The notes below the pieces were generated by a model that saw only the letters and a program-made list of their open reading frames with translations, did not search any database and had not been told where the DNA came from. From Toensbergia leucococca (Eukaryota), in assembly GCA_022813965.1 (NCBI GenBank), contig JALDZS010000171.1:1-50301 (forward strand): 50,301 bases of DNA, given 5' to 3'. Positions 34,578-47,187 of this stretch are shown one piece after another. Position 1 is the stretch's first letter. Each line of letters starts with the position of its first letter. The position numbers were made by a program, and so were the translations under genes.

Positions 34578-35475
34578 AGGCTCATTCAGAAATCGGTGGC
34601 CATTCTCGCCATATGGTACTCGAGAAGGTCCCTTTATCGCATTTATGAACCGCTGGGCAGGCAACAACTATATAGACAAGCAAGAATTGAGAGCGCTGGG
34701 CAGGGACTAGTGGGATCCGAGAACATTTGATTCAATTCTTTTTATGTACATACTTTCGGTCTCCTCTCTTCTTGGATATTTTTTCCAATTCCACTCGTTT
34801 ATGACGACTTGGCTTTATGAAATATATATAAATATGGTTGAGAGTATGAAGTGGGTATGCTGTCTATTGATCATGAACTGAATAGTCTTGCCTCTCACGT
34901 ATAAAGAGCACGCTCGAAGTGCTGTTGCACTGGTCCTTTGCGCGGTTTATCATTGGACGACTGCAGAAGTATCTATCTCGCGTCACGAGCTCTTTATATG
35001 AAGGACGTTTGCACTGCTTTGAATTTGAGCTGCTCTTATTTCATGGTCTGGGATGATCTCTCAATCTCTCGTTGCGGACGTTGTTTCTCGTTCATCTTGA
35101 ACTATCATACTGAGATCACCTTTGCTTGGAGTTCGCAGTGACCCGACGAGAACCATTGCTTCCCACTCTCCTTTCTTCAAAATCAACTGCCTAGAATTTA
35201 ATTCTGAGAAGGGTTTGCGTTCAGGGTGACGCTTTGGCCTCGAGCTCGGGTCTTCGGGGCTATGCGAGTGTTTGACAGTAACGGGGAGAAATAAAATAAT
35301 AGTAATGTTTCGGCTTTGTGTCTTCTATGATTATTTCTCTCCTTCTATTAGATCTATGGGCAATTCCGTCACTATCTTCACATCCCCTTCTATTATACAT
35401 ATACATATACACATGCCAATCTCACACCACATCTCCCATCAACCCCAAACCCCCCCACCTCCACCCTCCCTCCCC

Positions 35476-36903
35476 CTAACATTCCTCCTTCTCCTCCACC
35501 CCCTCCATCTCTCCCTCCACCCCCCCACCACCAGCCCCATCCCTCACCCTCCCAACCTCCCACTCAAACTCCTTAAGCGCCCGAATCTCGCTCCCAACAA
35601 ACAAGCCCCCAATCAACCCATCCAGCAACCCGGCCCCCAGGCCAAGCGTACTCAACAGCATCAGCAAAAACGACACAAACGGCCGCGGAGACCACCAAGT
35701 CGCGATCAGGCAGGCGATGGAGACGAGGATGGAGAGGCCGAAGTGGGCGAGGCGGAGGCGGCGTTGGAGGCGTTCGCGCTGGGTGTAGGTTGCGGTTAGG
35801 GCGAGGATGGTGGTGTAGGTTGATGTGGGAAGGTTGGAGGTGGTGGATGGGGGAAGGCTGGTTGATGGAGGGGTGGAGGGATGGAGGGCGCGTGAGAGGG
35901 TGGCTTCGACGGAGAAGTGGTCACTGAGGGAGCAGCTAAGATGGGGGTGGCGGTCTGTCATGCCCACTCGGACATCTTGCACTTCCCATCGCGGCTCCTC
36001 CCTCTCTGAGCTGGAACTTCGCATGCCGTTGCCGAAGAAGATGTAGTCGAGTCTTTTGGCACCTGGGTCTGGAGTGTGGGCTGGAATGGTGATGGCTTCG
36101 CCATTACGGAGCGCTTTTTGCTGCGGTTTGCTCCAGCGCCAGGTATTGAGCACGCTGTCGCACGTCGCACCGTTCTTCTCCAGGCTGTGTTGCACCGTGG
36201 GGATTTCCCGGCCTCGGGCTCGCTCTGGAGCGTCTGTAGCGGAGCCAAGAGAAGAGTCTGGGTGCCGCACGCGCCAGACGTCTTGGACTGGGGCGTGTGT
36301 GGTGATGAGCTGGTGGGCCAGGGATAGGGGCACCATATTGAAGTCGCCCAGGCCGATGACCAGGTGGCCCCTTTCGGCGGCGCCGCGCATTAATTTGGCG
36401 ATTTCCCAGGCTTGAGCTGTGCGGTGGCAGAGGTAGGAGTCGTTGGGTTCGCTTTCGTAGGGGGCGTGTAGGTGCGTGCAGAAGACTTCGGCCGTGTTGC
36501 TTCTCCCAGGTCCCAATTTGATGCGAGCGCAGGCTACACCTTTCCCGACGAACCAGTCGCCTCGGAAGAAGGCTGTGGGGCGGCCGTTGAGGGGATAGCG
36601 TATCATGCTTGATTCGACGATGGGCCATTTCGACAGGATGGCGAGGCCGCCGCCGAAGATGCCGCTGTGGTAGAATTTGCCGTAGGGGAGGATGTGTTGG
36701 GTTTGATGCCGGATGGCGAGGTAATCACGCTGGGTCCAGCATTCTTGTAGGCCGACTATTTGGGGGGTGGGGATTGTGGTGGCAAGGCGGTGGGCAATTT
36801 CGGAGAGGCGTGAGGAGCGTTGGTCGGAGATGTATTTTAGGCCCCAGCAATTTAGGGTGAGGATTTGAAGGGAGGTGGGTGGCGAAAAGGAGGAGGGGTC
36901 CAT
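35476..36903 (-). CDS. ISC1: Inositol phosphosphingolipid phospholipase C (neutral sphingomyelinase family)
   Basis: LTLNCWGLKYIS, VGLQECW, GDWFVGKG, THLHAPY, LGDFN, RLDYIF, LSDHF, and two C-terminal TM helices. Confidence 0.95.
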   Translation of the reverse strand: MDPSSFSPPTSLQILTLNCWGLKYISDQRSSRLSEIAHRLATTIPTPQIVGLQECWTQRDYLAIRHQTQHILPYGKFYHSGIFGGGLAILSKWPIVESSMIRYPLNGRPTAFFRGDWFVGKGVACARIKLGPGRSNTAEVFCTHLHAPYESEPNDSYLCHRTAQAWEIAKLMRGAAERGHLVIGLGDFNMVPLSLAHQLITTHAPVQDVWRVRHPDSSLGSATDAPERARGREIPTVQHSLEKNGATCDSVLNTWRWSKPQQKALRNGEAITIPAHTPDPGAKRLDYIFFGNGMRSSSSEREEPRWEVQDVRVGMTDRHPHLSCSLSDHFSVEATLSRALHPSTPPSTSLPPSTTSNLPTSTYTTILALTATYTQRERLQRRLRLAHFGLSILVSIACLIATWWSPRPFVSFLLMLLSTLGLGAGLLDGLIGGLFVGSEIRALKEFEWEVGRVRDGAGGGGVEGEMEGVEEKEEC

Positions 36904-37256
36904 GACTTGTGTAAATCGATATATTTTTCAAAGCAGTCTGAAATTGAAAGGAGAGGATCTTGACATGGTGTTACATCCAGGGTTGGAAATGCAGAGATGC
37001 TCTTTTGAATGCAATGCCAAATGCGAGGACTAAAACAGAAGAAAAGATAACAACAATGCAGGAGTTAGGAAAGACTCTTACCCTAATACCTCAACATGGA
37101 CTTTGTAGAATAACGACAGCGATGCTTTGAAGCCAAAAGTCCATCTCATTTGTCAATTTTTTGGTATCGTAATCTATTCTATGATTTAGGCTCAAAAATA
37201 CACACCTGCTATTACGAAGATCAAATCCACAAAACTTCCAATCCTCACAAACTCCA

Positions 37257-38853
37257 ATGGACGACTTCAACATCGACCACAGCCGTTCTCCCAAACGCAG
37301 ACGTGTAGACACATCCACCCCCCGCTACAGTTCTCCGGACGAATTAGCCGCTAGCTCCGACCATGAGCCCCCCTACCCACGCCGCCCCAGCTCCATAGCC
37401 CACCGCGACTTCGCTGAGCGCGAGCAGCACCGTCGCCGAAGCTACGACAATTCTAGCTCCGAAGAAAGCCCTGACGAGCTTGACCATACTGTTCACACAT
37501 GCTACCGCGACGGCTGGTCCAGGAGCCGGAGACAGCGCAATGACCCCTCAAGCGATAATGACTCCGTTGAAATACCCAGGATGGAGACTCCACCGAGGAG
37601 ACAGCAGGTCTTTGTGCCATATAGGGAGAAAATGGTGCTGAGAGGGCATCGGAGGAGTGTCGCTGCTGTTCGATTCTCGCCGGACGGAAGATCGATTGCT
37701 AGTTGCTGTGAGTTCATGTCCGTTCAAGGCCAAAGCCAAGTCAGCCACTGACTAGACCACTACGAATAGCGGCTGACGCAACAATTAGAATATGGGATAC
37801 AGCTACAGGCAAGCATATGCATACACTAGAAGGTCATCTCGCAGGAATATCCGCAATAGCCTGGAGTCCCGACTCCAAAACCCTTGCCTCAGGCTCTGAC
37901 GATAAGTCCATCCGACTCTGGGACGTCTCAACAGTTCGTTACCCTCCAATGAACCAATATTTAAAGTGACTGAACAAATACTGACATTTTGACCAGGGAA
38001 AGCCATACCCAACCCCTTTCCTCGGTCACCACAACTACATCTACTCCCTCGCCTTCTCGCCAAAGGGCAACATGCTAGTAAGCGGCTCCTACGACGAAGC
38101 TGTCCTTGTCTGGAACGTACGCGCAGCACGTGTAATGCGCTCCCTCCCCGCCCACTCTGACCCAGTCGGTGGCGTCGACTTCATCAGAGACGGCACCCTG
38201 ATAGTGAGCTGTGCAGGAGACGGCCTGATGTGTGTTCTCCCACCCCCAATTTCAACCCCCAATATTCCCCACTAATACTCACCAGCCGCATCTGGGACAC
38301 TTCAACCGGCCAATGCCTCCGAACCCTAATCCACGAAGACACCGCACCCGTAACATCCGTCCGCTTCTCCCCCAACGGCAAATTTGTCCTAGCCTGGACG
38401 CTCGACTCGTCCATCCGGCTGTGGAATTACATCGAAGGCCGCTGCGTTAAAACGTACCAAGGTCACATCAACGAGCGCTTCAGCATTGCGGGCGCTTTTG
38501 GCGTCTACGGCGAGGATGGGTATGGAGCTGATGCTGCTGGTGGTGGTGGCGGCGGCGGTGGTTATGCGGCTGAGGGTGGATTTGGGGAGAGGGCGTGCGT
38601 GGTAAGTGGGAGCGAGGGGGGGGAGGTGTTGTTTTGGGATGTGCAAAGTAAGGTTTGCTTGCAGAAATTAGGGGGGCATGAGGGGGTTGTGCTAGGGGTG
38701 GATTTTTGGATGGGTGGTGGTGGGTTGGTTGTTAGTGGGGGGGTGGATCGGACGGTGCGGGTTTGGGAGAGGGTTGAGGAGGGTTGTCGAGAAGGGAAGG
38801 AGGAGGAGGAGGGGGAGGAAGGGATTGAGGAGAGGATGGAGGGGATGGTGTAG
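37257..38853 (+). CDS. SWD3: WD40 protein WDR5/Swd3 (COMPASS subunit); exons 37257-37707, 37770-37933, 37997-38229, 38286-38853
   Basis: LRGHRRSVAAVRFSPDG, LEGHLAGISAIAWSPDS, VSGSYDEAV, LPAHSDPVGGVDF, IWDTSTGQCLRTL, VKTYQGH. Confidence 0.9.
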
Positions 38854-39327
38854 AAGTGAGGAGAGTGAATGTTTAGGATGTAGGTTGGTGACTTTCAATT
38901 TCAATCACGTAGCCTTGCACGCTTCCTCCTAAGAATCAACCCATGTCCTCTACTGCACAGACGACCTCCCACAAGAGCAAACACAACTTCAAGTCAAGCC
39001 ACTATAAAAATAGACCGAAAGACCTCTGCATAGGCTCCGTTGATGCGCATTGGAATACCTACCTAGCCTACCTATCTATCAATACAAAAAAAAAAAACTT
39101 CCCCGAACAAGCCAATCTATCACGTTCAGCCTCCCGAACATCAATCACGACTTGAGGATCCGAGCCGAATTAAGCTACCGTAGTCATAATCCTCCCTCCC
39201 CCCCTTAGAACACCAAGGCAAACACAATCTCTCGCTCCGAAAAAAAAAGTGAAAGGAAAAAAATTAAAAAAAGGGAACGCAAAACCCCAGAACCGTCCAT
39301 CTCCCCCCCCCATTTCTCCACCACACA

Positions 39328-42300
39328 CTAAAGCGTCTCCCACCCCCCGTTATTGATATCCGCTTCCAGCTTCCGGCTAATCATCGTCGGGATCCCATGC
39401 TGCAACCATACATTCCTCAAAAGGGCATCATATCGGCGCTGGTTCAAGAACAATTGCCGGCTGTGGCGGAGATTGGGATCGACCTCGCCATGCTTGTCGA
39501 GGTAGGGGGCGTGGGCCCAGCTGCCGTTGCGGGAGTGGAGGTAGAGGACCATGCATTTGCGAATGTTGATGAAGAGGCCGACGTCGTGGCCGCATCTGTG
39601 TTTGTTCATGCATGGTTAGTTGTGGGTGATTTTGCTTTTGGGGATTTTCTCTTGGGAACCAACGAGGGGGAATTTTTGTGGAAAAGAGTGGGGAGCGAGT
39701 GGGGGTTGCTTACTTTGCCATGTGCCGGTTGCAACCGCCAAGACCGTCCTTGTCGCAGCAGATGGCTTGGCTGCAGAAGATGTCACCGCAGAAAAGGCAC
39801 AGGGCTGGGTCGACGAGCTCTTTGCCTGTGGTGGGGCACTTACGGTGCATAGTTTCGTCGGTCAGGGTGTCGAAGTGTTTGGGAAGGCCGATGAGCTCGA
39901 ATATGGCTGGGTGACTGGGCTGGAGACCGGTGCGGGCTGAGTCGGACAGGGGGAGCTTCCCGAGGCTCCATTCCCAATGGTCGATCCATCCGGCTACGAT
40001 TGATTGGGTGATGGAAAGTTCGTCTTTGTTAGGGTTGGCCACGCTTGCAAACATCTCTATCAAAGATGGGAGGCGTAATGCTTTTGTTAGACGATCGAGC
40101 TCGGGTTCATCAATGTCGGCAAAGCCGGTTTCGGGGAAGTCTACGCCGTACCGGACGTGTAGTAGGACAACGACCTTGCGTAGAAAGGGTAAGGCGTATG
40201 TATTAATGGCAGGGTAAATTCGTTGGGAGATTTCGTGAGTCCAATCCTCTGTCTCTACGGGGAGATTAGAATTCGCAAAGCTTCGAATTCGATTCACGAA
40301 TCCCATGAAGGTCTCGAGGCCGTCATGACTGATTTTGGTTTTAGCCTCTGGAACATGCGCAGTAGCTGGCCATGTTGTGTAGATGCCAGGGTTCATCGAC
40401 AAGGCGAGGACCACCTTGACAAGTTCAAGTAGGTAGCACAAGCGGACGATATGGTGAAATTCCAGGTTGAATGAGGGAACTAAGCAGACCGAACATTCCG
40501 TAAGGAACACAAAGGAATCTTGTGCCAAAGCAGATGTTAAAGAGTTCTTACCCCATGATTCTGGATCATTTCCAGATATATGAGGGTGGCCTGCGAATAA
40601 TTGTAGTAGTTGACGACGATTTATTTCCGAGAACTCTTTTGCTGAAGTACAATGCCCCAAATTACGCAAGCCCCCAATGGCGATGTACGATGATGCAGTC
40701 TCGGAGAGAATCCGAAGATGTGCCAGGGTGAGCGGAGAGATTTTGTCTAACAGTGTTGATCCTGGCTCGGATTGGGTGCCACGCTGAGCAATTTCCGTGG
40801 CCGCGATAGAGAAAGCAAGTGCCTTGGCAAGGGTATCGGTATGGCCCAGGCCTTCGAGCATAGTATTACTGGCGTGATCAGGGTATGAAAATCGGGAGGC
40901 GAGTTGATTGGATTTGATGGTGTCTCGTATGCGGCTATAGATTAAAATAAGCTCCTCCATCGTTTGCGATTGAATCGCCATAAAATGACTGGGTGAAGTC
41001 ACAATGAATCCGTCATCCGCGGGAAAGAGACCGGGCATTGTGCTTCTGCCGGCATGTTGAGGTGATAATGAATTTGCATGTTGTGGAGGCTGCATCATTT
41101 GAGTGACTTTATGAGCCAGTGGTGGAATGACAGTCTTCGAGGCATAGCTCATGAAGAGCTCTTGGTATCGAGCGCTGATGAAAACGTTGCCATCCTCACC
41201 AACAGCATGCTTGTGAAACCTTGATACCGTAAGCCCGATACTTGAGTTAAGCCAGCTATCAAAAGGCACGTCCACCTGAAGTACTCCGGGGTAGATCTCT
41301 TCTTTGCCTCTCCAGATGATAGGTAAAAACGTATTGCCGAGTGCCTTGCACAGAGGACACACAAATTCTCTATGGTCGAGCCGTTCCGGATGATTGCGTG
41401 CAATTTGGTGATGCTGTCGACGTTGGGTGGCTCCGCAGTAGAGTTCGAAGCAAGCATAGTGCATGATATGACCACAGCCAGTAGACACGGGTCCTCGGAC
41501 AGAGTAGGATGACGGGAAGCCTTTTCCAAGGCCCTGAAGCTCTGAAGTTATCTGACGGCCGTCGGATGCAAGCTTTCGAATCTTCTTTCGGTTCTGACCC
41601 GAGACGCCAAAGGGTCGAGAGTCGTCTACTATCCTATCTAAACTAGAAGGTGTAGACAAAACCTCACCGACGAAGTCAACGTCGCGTAGATTCGTCTGAC
41701 GGAGAATGTTACTATCCATTATGAGGGCAAACGTTCCAAACAAACGAGTGTCGTTTGTCTCTTCTTGACAGAGAATGCAATTTCCTGTGGGATACTTCCA
41801 CATCTTCTTATGCTCTTCAGTTGCTCCCGTCCCGACTGAAGCGAGGTCGTCGAAATCGTCTTCACCCCAGTCAGCATTGTCCTGGTTATTGAGAAAATTC
41901 TGCTGCTGCTGTTGGAATTGTGCCATGACTTTTGCTTGTCTGTCGAGAGCTTGTCGTTTCTTCGTCTCTTGAATTTCATGAGCCTGACGCTTCTTGGCCT
42001 CTAAGTCTTCGGCTGGGGGTGTCATTGGAGAATTAGTGCCAAACCTGCCGGTGGGTATACCTAATGCCGAGTTGACTAAGGCATATGTTCGTGGTTGACT
42101 CTGCTGTAGACGGTGTATGATTAGGCGGATTTTCGGATGACATGCCTTATACTCATCGGTCTCTAGCAATTTCAGAAGATTGCGAAATATTGTGGGAAAC
42201 GAGGGACTGCTTCCTAAGGCATTTTTGCAAAGCGAGTAATGAACAAAGGACTCCATTTTATCGTCCACTAGATCATCCTCATTACCTCGGTCTTCCTGCA

Positions 42301-45300
42301 CAGCTGCCAGAGTCAAGTGTAGCACTACTTGTAGAAAGGCTTCAACTCTGGTGTTTGGTATCTCCCATGGGTGATATTTGCTAGCTTGGAGAGCGTATTC
42401 TAGGGAGTAAAAGATGATTTGGGCAAACAGACTGGTCCTTGTGAAGGCAGAGAGGTCCTTGAAAACTCCAGAATTAATCGGTCGAATCTTCGGCTCAAGC
42501 ACAACCTCAGAAATTGGTCTTCCGGTTCGCTTGGCCACCCATGTACGGTACGCGTTCTCGGCCTCATCGCGCTGATTTTTGCTGTAATGGGCTATGTACG
42601 GATCGATATCGATGAGATATTCTTGTTTGAGTTCAAAGGTCCCCGAATCTGTCAATCCTTCAGGGGCTCTGAAATTGGTCATCTCGTCGAGAATATCCTG
42701 AAATTCTTCAAGATCTTGGAATTTATGGGCAAGGCGAGTACAGAGATCAGAGAATGGTAATGGTCGGAAGCATAGGATGTGGATAATATCCCGACGAATG
42801 GCAATCGATTGAGGGTGTGGTTCATCTTCCGGAGGCTGTAATGATGTCCGGTCGCTTAGTAGAACAATCATGAGATGTATGAAATCCTCTGCGACATCTA
42901 AAAGCTGCGTGGCCTCGTAGCCAGGTCGGATGCGGTAATTTCCTCTCATCCAGTCATCCATACCAAAACGGTCAATCATGGAGGCAAGAACTCGGCTTGG
43001 ATCGCATGTGACCAGGGCAGTCTGAAGCAAAAAGATGTCTCGATGATGGGCCAGATCTCGATATTGAACTCCTCGATATGAACCCATTTGATGGCGAAGA
43101 CTCAAGCCATTACGTACCCACATTCCAGCTTTCATTTGCGCTAACCAGGCACAAACGCGCAGGGGAGAGTCGAAGAGCGACATCAAATAACTCTCGGCCT
43201 CATGATCGGGTATATCGACCTTGAAAGGAGGTGTTTCTCTCAAGTCGTTCGCTGTAAACAGCAGCAGGTCTCTCATCTGGTCTTGAGACATGCTCTTGCC
43301 GCAATCAATCAACCAAGATAACGTATAGTGTAGCGCGTGATGAAAGCTAATGGGCTCTTTTTCGACAACAAAATCGACCACAGAGTATCGATTAGCATGA
43401 CCGCTTTCGTCGGCATCAAAATCGAAGGCGTGTAATGCCTTGAAACGGGTCTCAGCTTTGATTTCTGCCTGATCAAAGCGTTTACGCTCTGCTCCAATTG
43501 AGTTCAGGGTTGTGGCTTTAGCAACTATTCGAATCACTCGACACAGATTGGAACGATTGTCGCGGAGGCACCATCTGAACGAGTCGGCGAATTGACGACA
43601 GAGGTTGTTGATCTCCCTCGTGAGCAGTGATGCACCGATCCAAGCGTCTGTCTCGTATTCGACGTGATCGCCTACAGCTCTGATGTTGGGGCATATACCT
43701 TGAGGGAGTTTAATCAGATCAAGAAATTGGAGAACATAGCGTTCCTCCGTGCGTAGCTTCTCCTGCACGTATTCAGAGCCAAAGAGGAATTTCAGGTCCG
43801 CGAAGAAATGGTATATTCGCCGGTTAGTAACTGAACCAGCATCGAAGGCCAAGGTGGCATTGACTGAAACCTCCCAAGGATGACCAACTTGGCGACTCGT
43901 GAGAAACGTGAAGAGGATGGCCATCAAATTGGTGAGAAAGTTACCACGCTCTACAATTTCTTCTGTGATAGATGGAGTGGTAAGCATTTGTACCGAGAGG
44001 TTGATGATCGAATGATCGGGCTCGCGGTCCGCAATCAGATACAGCTGAGCTAGAACAGTGTAAAGCCCTGCGAAACGTAGGCCGAGGATCCTTTTGAACT
44101 GAGGCACAGTGACCACGGTGCTAATATAAAGAGCCCGAAGGTCAATTCGGGCTTTCTTCCAGAGTCTGAGATCGAACAAGATCATCCAATCTAGTCGTAC
44201 GCGTTGACGCAGATCCTCATATAGAGGGACAGCATCTCTGGACGCGTATCTCGCTGGCTGCTCAAGCCAATAAGCTGGAGGTCGTGCATGGACTCTTCTT
44301 CCATGTGGAAATGGTGTCCTCGGAACGTCAATATCTACTTTCGAAATCATTGAAGCAGACATGAAAGCGTCACCGCTATCTGAATCTGAAAGTGCACGCG
44401 AACGATCTTGAGCTCTAGTACGTTGCGGAGGTGGTGGAGGAGGTGGCGGCGGGTAGCCGGCATATGTCGCCTCCAATACTTCTGTCTCATCCTCCGGGTC
44501 CCCAGCTGTTCGCATCTCCATGTCTCTATCAGCTTCCGCCGCTACTAAATTCAAGTCCAATTCCATTTCATCGTCGTAAGCTTGGCTGTCAGCCTCGTCG
44601 TCTCCATAATCGTTATCATTATCGTTCGTGTTAGTATCCGAGTCATTTTCTTCGTCATTGTCGTCGTTCATGCGTGCTAGAAAATCGGTTCGACGCACCA
44701 CGGGTGTCATCGTTATACCATCCCACCCAGGAGGCTCCTCAATCTCATGGTCGTCGATCCCGCTTCCACCCACAGAGGCATTAGCTGCTGAGCTACCAGT
44801 ACGCCAGTTCTTTAGCATTTCCTCGCATATGGCATGCCTGAGAATATCATGGTCGTCCCCAACGCTACAGGCCGAAGTGTCTACTAGCCATTCAATCAAG
44901 CTACCACACATCTGTTCCCGAAAAATGTCCCGTGATGACCGGATAGTTACCGTTATCTTGATATCTTCAATGATCTTTGCTATTTCTAGGAGTCTAGATA
45001 TGTCTCGGGAGTAGGTAACGACACTGCGTCCGACGTCGTTGGTTTCATTCGCTTTCTGTCGGCCAAATGCCATCGGCTCTTTGCATGCTCGGGCCACTTG
45101 TTTCTCTACTTCATCCACTGTATGTTTCTCGTCATTCCATAGTATCAGAGCAAATTCAGGATTAGGGCTCTCTGCCTCTTCGTACCATTTGGACGATAGT
45201 CGCGACACCCGTTCATCCTTTCTTATACCCTCTTCGGATTTATGTAGGCGCAATTGCTCCGGTGAGCATGATAAGACATCGCATAAGTAGTCGAGGACTC

Positions 45301-45865
45301 GACCAATAGTCATCTTGATGCTCTCTGCTAGGGCGTCCGGAAGTTTTGGTACCTGTCTTTGTTTCCCTGTAGAAACAGAAGCATTCGCAGAGTGGATGGC
45401 GCAAATGACGGGTGTCTTCCAAGCTTCTACATCTCCGCAATCGCAACACCCACTGTTACCCGAAGTGCCAACGGAGACCATATGTCCTGAGTGATCGGAA
45501 GCGTCAAAGCATCTGATGCAGAGCACACACGTATCATCTGAGGTGCAGGTTTTACATCTGTAGGTAGCCTCTCCGTTCTTGAATATGTGACCGCATGGCT
45601 TGCCTCTTGCAGCCTCTGTGTATTCCACACCGTCTACGGCACCTTGCACCTCTCGTAGAATCCAATCCTCATTTTCCTTGGGAATCTTCCCTTGAAACAG
45701 GACGCGGAGATATTCATCGTTGTGTGAGACTAAGGACCGGAAAAGTGTTTGCTGAAGTTCCTGGCGTGCCGCAGTGGTGTAACGGAAACTATGTCTCACA
45801 GGCAAGTCTCGGAGAATTTGGCAGAGACGCCTTTCTCGGTTGGTCAAAATCATCGTTGCGCTCAT
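39328..45865 (-). CDS. UBR1: N-end rule E3 ubiquitin ligase; exons 45865-39714, 39595-39328
   Basis: UBR box (CGHIFKNGEATYRCKTC...CCDCGD), ClpS-like LWNDEKHT, RING-H2 (CILCQE...CGHIMH...CPLCK), C-terminal APYLDKHGEVD and NNGGWETL. Confidence 0.97.
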
Positions 45866-46409
45866 TCCATGTTGGATAGTTATTTAGCAACAGGAGACGA
45901 CACGCCACCTCTTTGGCGGCTGGATTTCGCGCGAAATGATTTGTCAGCCCTTTCCCTCTGTCACGAGTATTCCAAGGGAGTAACGGAGGTTAGCGTAGGT
46001 CAGTGAATTGGGTAGAGTAGGGCAATAGTCACAGCTTTGATCTTGGTATAGGGCTGGCATATCAAGGGATGATGTTACACTCAGACCAAGCGAATCGAGG
46101 ACAGCACGAATAGATATAAGAATCAGCACGTGATTTACAGAAACATGCTCTACAACACGCAAGCTAGCTCACAGTCAGTTGGATCAAGTCGTAGCATTGG
46201 GGCCTTGAACACATCATTTTGGTGCTTCGGTGGTAAGTCCTATTTACAAAGGGAGGGAAGTAGTGTGTGACAACATGAGATTGAGCATGAAGTGCTCAAT
46301 CGACTCTCAAATGCAACCAGAATCTGGCGCAAGTGGGGAGGCCAAAGTGTGCGTCGGCTTCAGCAAATTCCGCAAGCCTTGTCGAAGCACTTCGGTCCGA
46401 CGCTGCCCA

Positions 46410-46826
46410 CTACTCCTCTTCGGTCTCGATATATCTGTGTTTAATGTCCTTCCATTGCCGCTGGGAAGGGTGATTATCAGTCATGTCCAATCAAAAGTAT
46501 CTAGTATGCGAACATACACCCTTATTCCTCGCATCCCAAATCTTATTCATGGTTGTATCGAAGCCACTGCATTACGTGTGTTTTAGCCCATATATCTGCA
46601 CAGAGGGTCCGGTCGTAGAATCCTACATCTCAAAGGCAAAAGCTGCGCCAAATACAGCTGCTAGGAACACAACATTTCTTCGGAAGATGAAGCTTCAGCT
46701 AAATTAGCCGTGGTCTCCAGCAATGCGAAACCGGGGTGCTTGCTTGTAGACGCCAGACGCAATCTGTGGAGACAATTAGTCAGTAGAGATGTGGTATTAA
46801 TTCAGCGAGCCACTTACTCCTGCCAT
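46410..46826 (-). CDS. QCR9: Cytochrome b-c1 complex subunit 9 (64 aa); exons 46826-46818, 46763-46744, 46692-46627, 46566-46518, 46460-46410
   Basis: Manual splicing gives MAGIASGVYNFIFRRNVVFLAAVFGAAFAFEIGFDTTMNKIWDARNKGRQWKDIKHRYIETEEE, with the UQCR10/Qcr9 signature WDxxNKGRQWKDI. Not in the ORF track. Confidence 0.95.
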
Positions 46827-47187
46827 CGTGTGTCGAATGAATCAACGTGCAAAATGGCGTTGTTAATTGCAAAAGGATGAGGTCAAGTTTGGATTTCGAC
46901 GTTGGGTGACAGTAGTTCTAGCTTCCCGACCTTGAAGTGAACGCTGATTGGCTGCTGCACTTCCTCACTCCTCAGGACGCGCTACTCACCTTCACCTCTG
47001 ATTTGTGGACACCATTTTCAAATCGCAAGATTGTTCCTCCACGCATCTCATTGAGCTGAGAATAGAGCGCAAAGTAATACATGAGACTTCCTATGCTTCG
47101 TAATGCTCTGATCAAACCCCGCTGAGGTCGTTCTACTCTACCAAAAACTCATCTCAGATTAGACGGCGTCCTATTAGAGCTACAACC

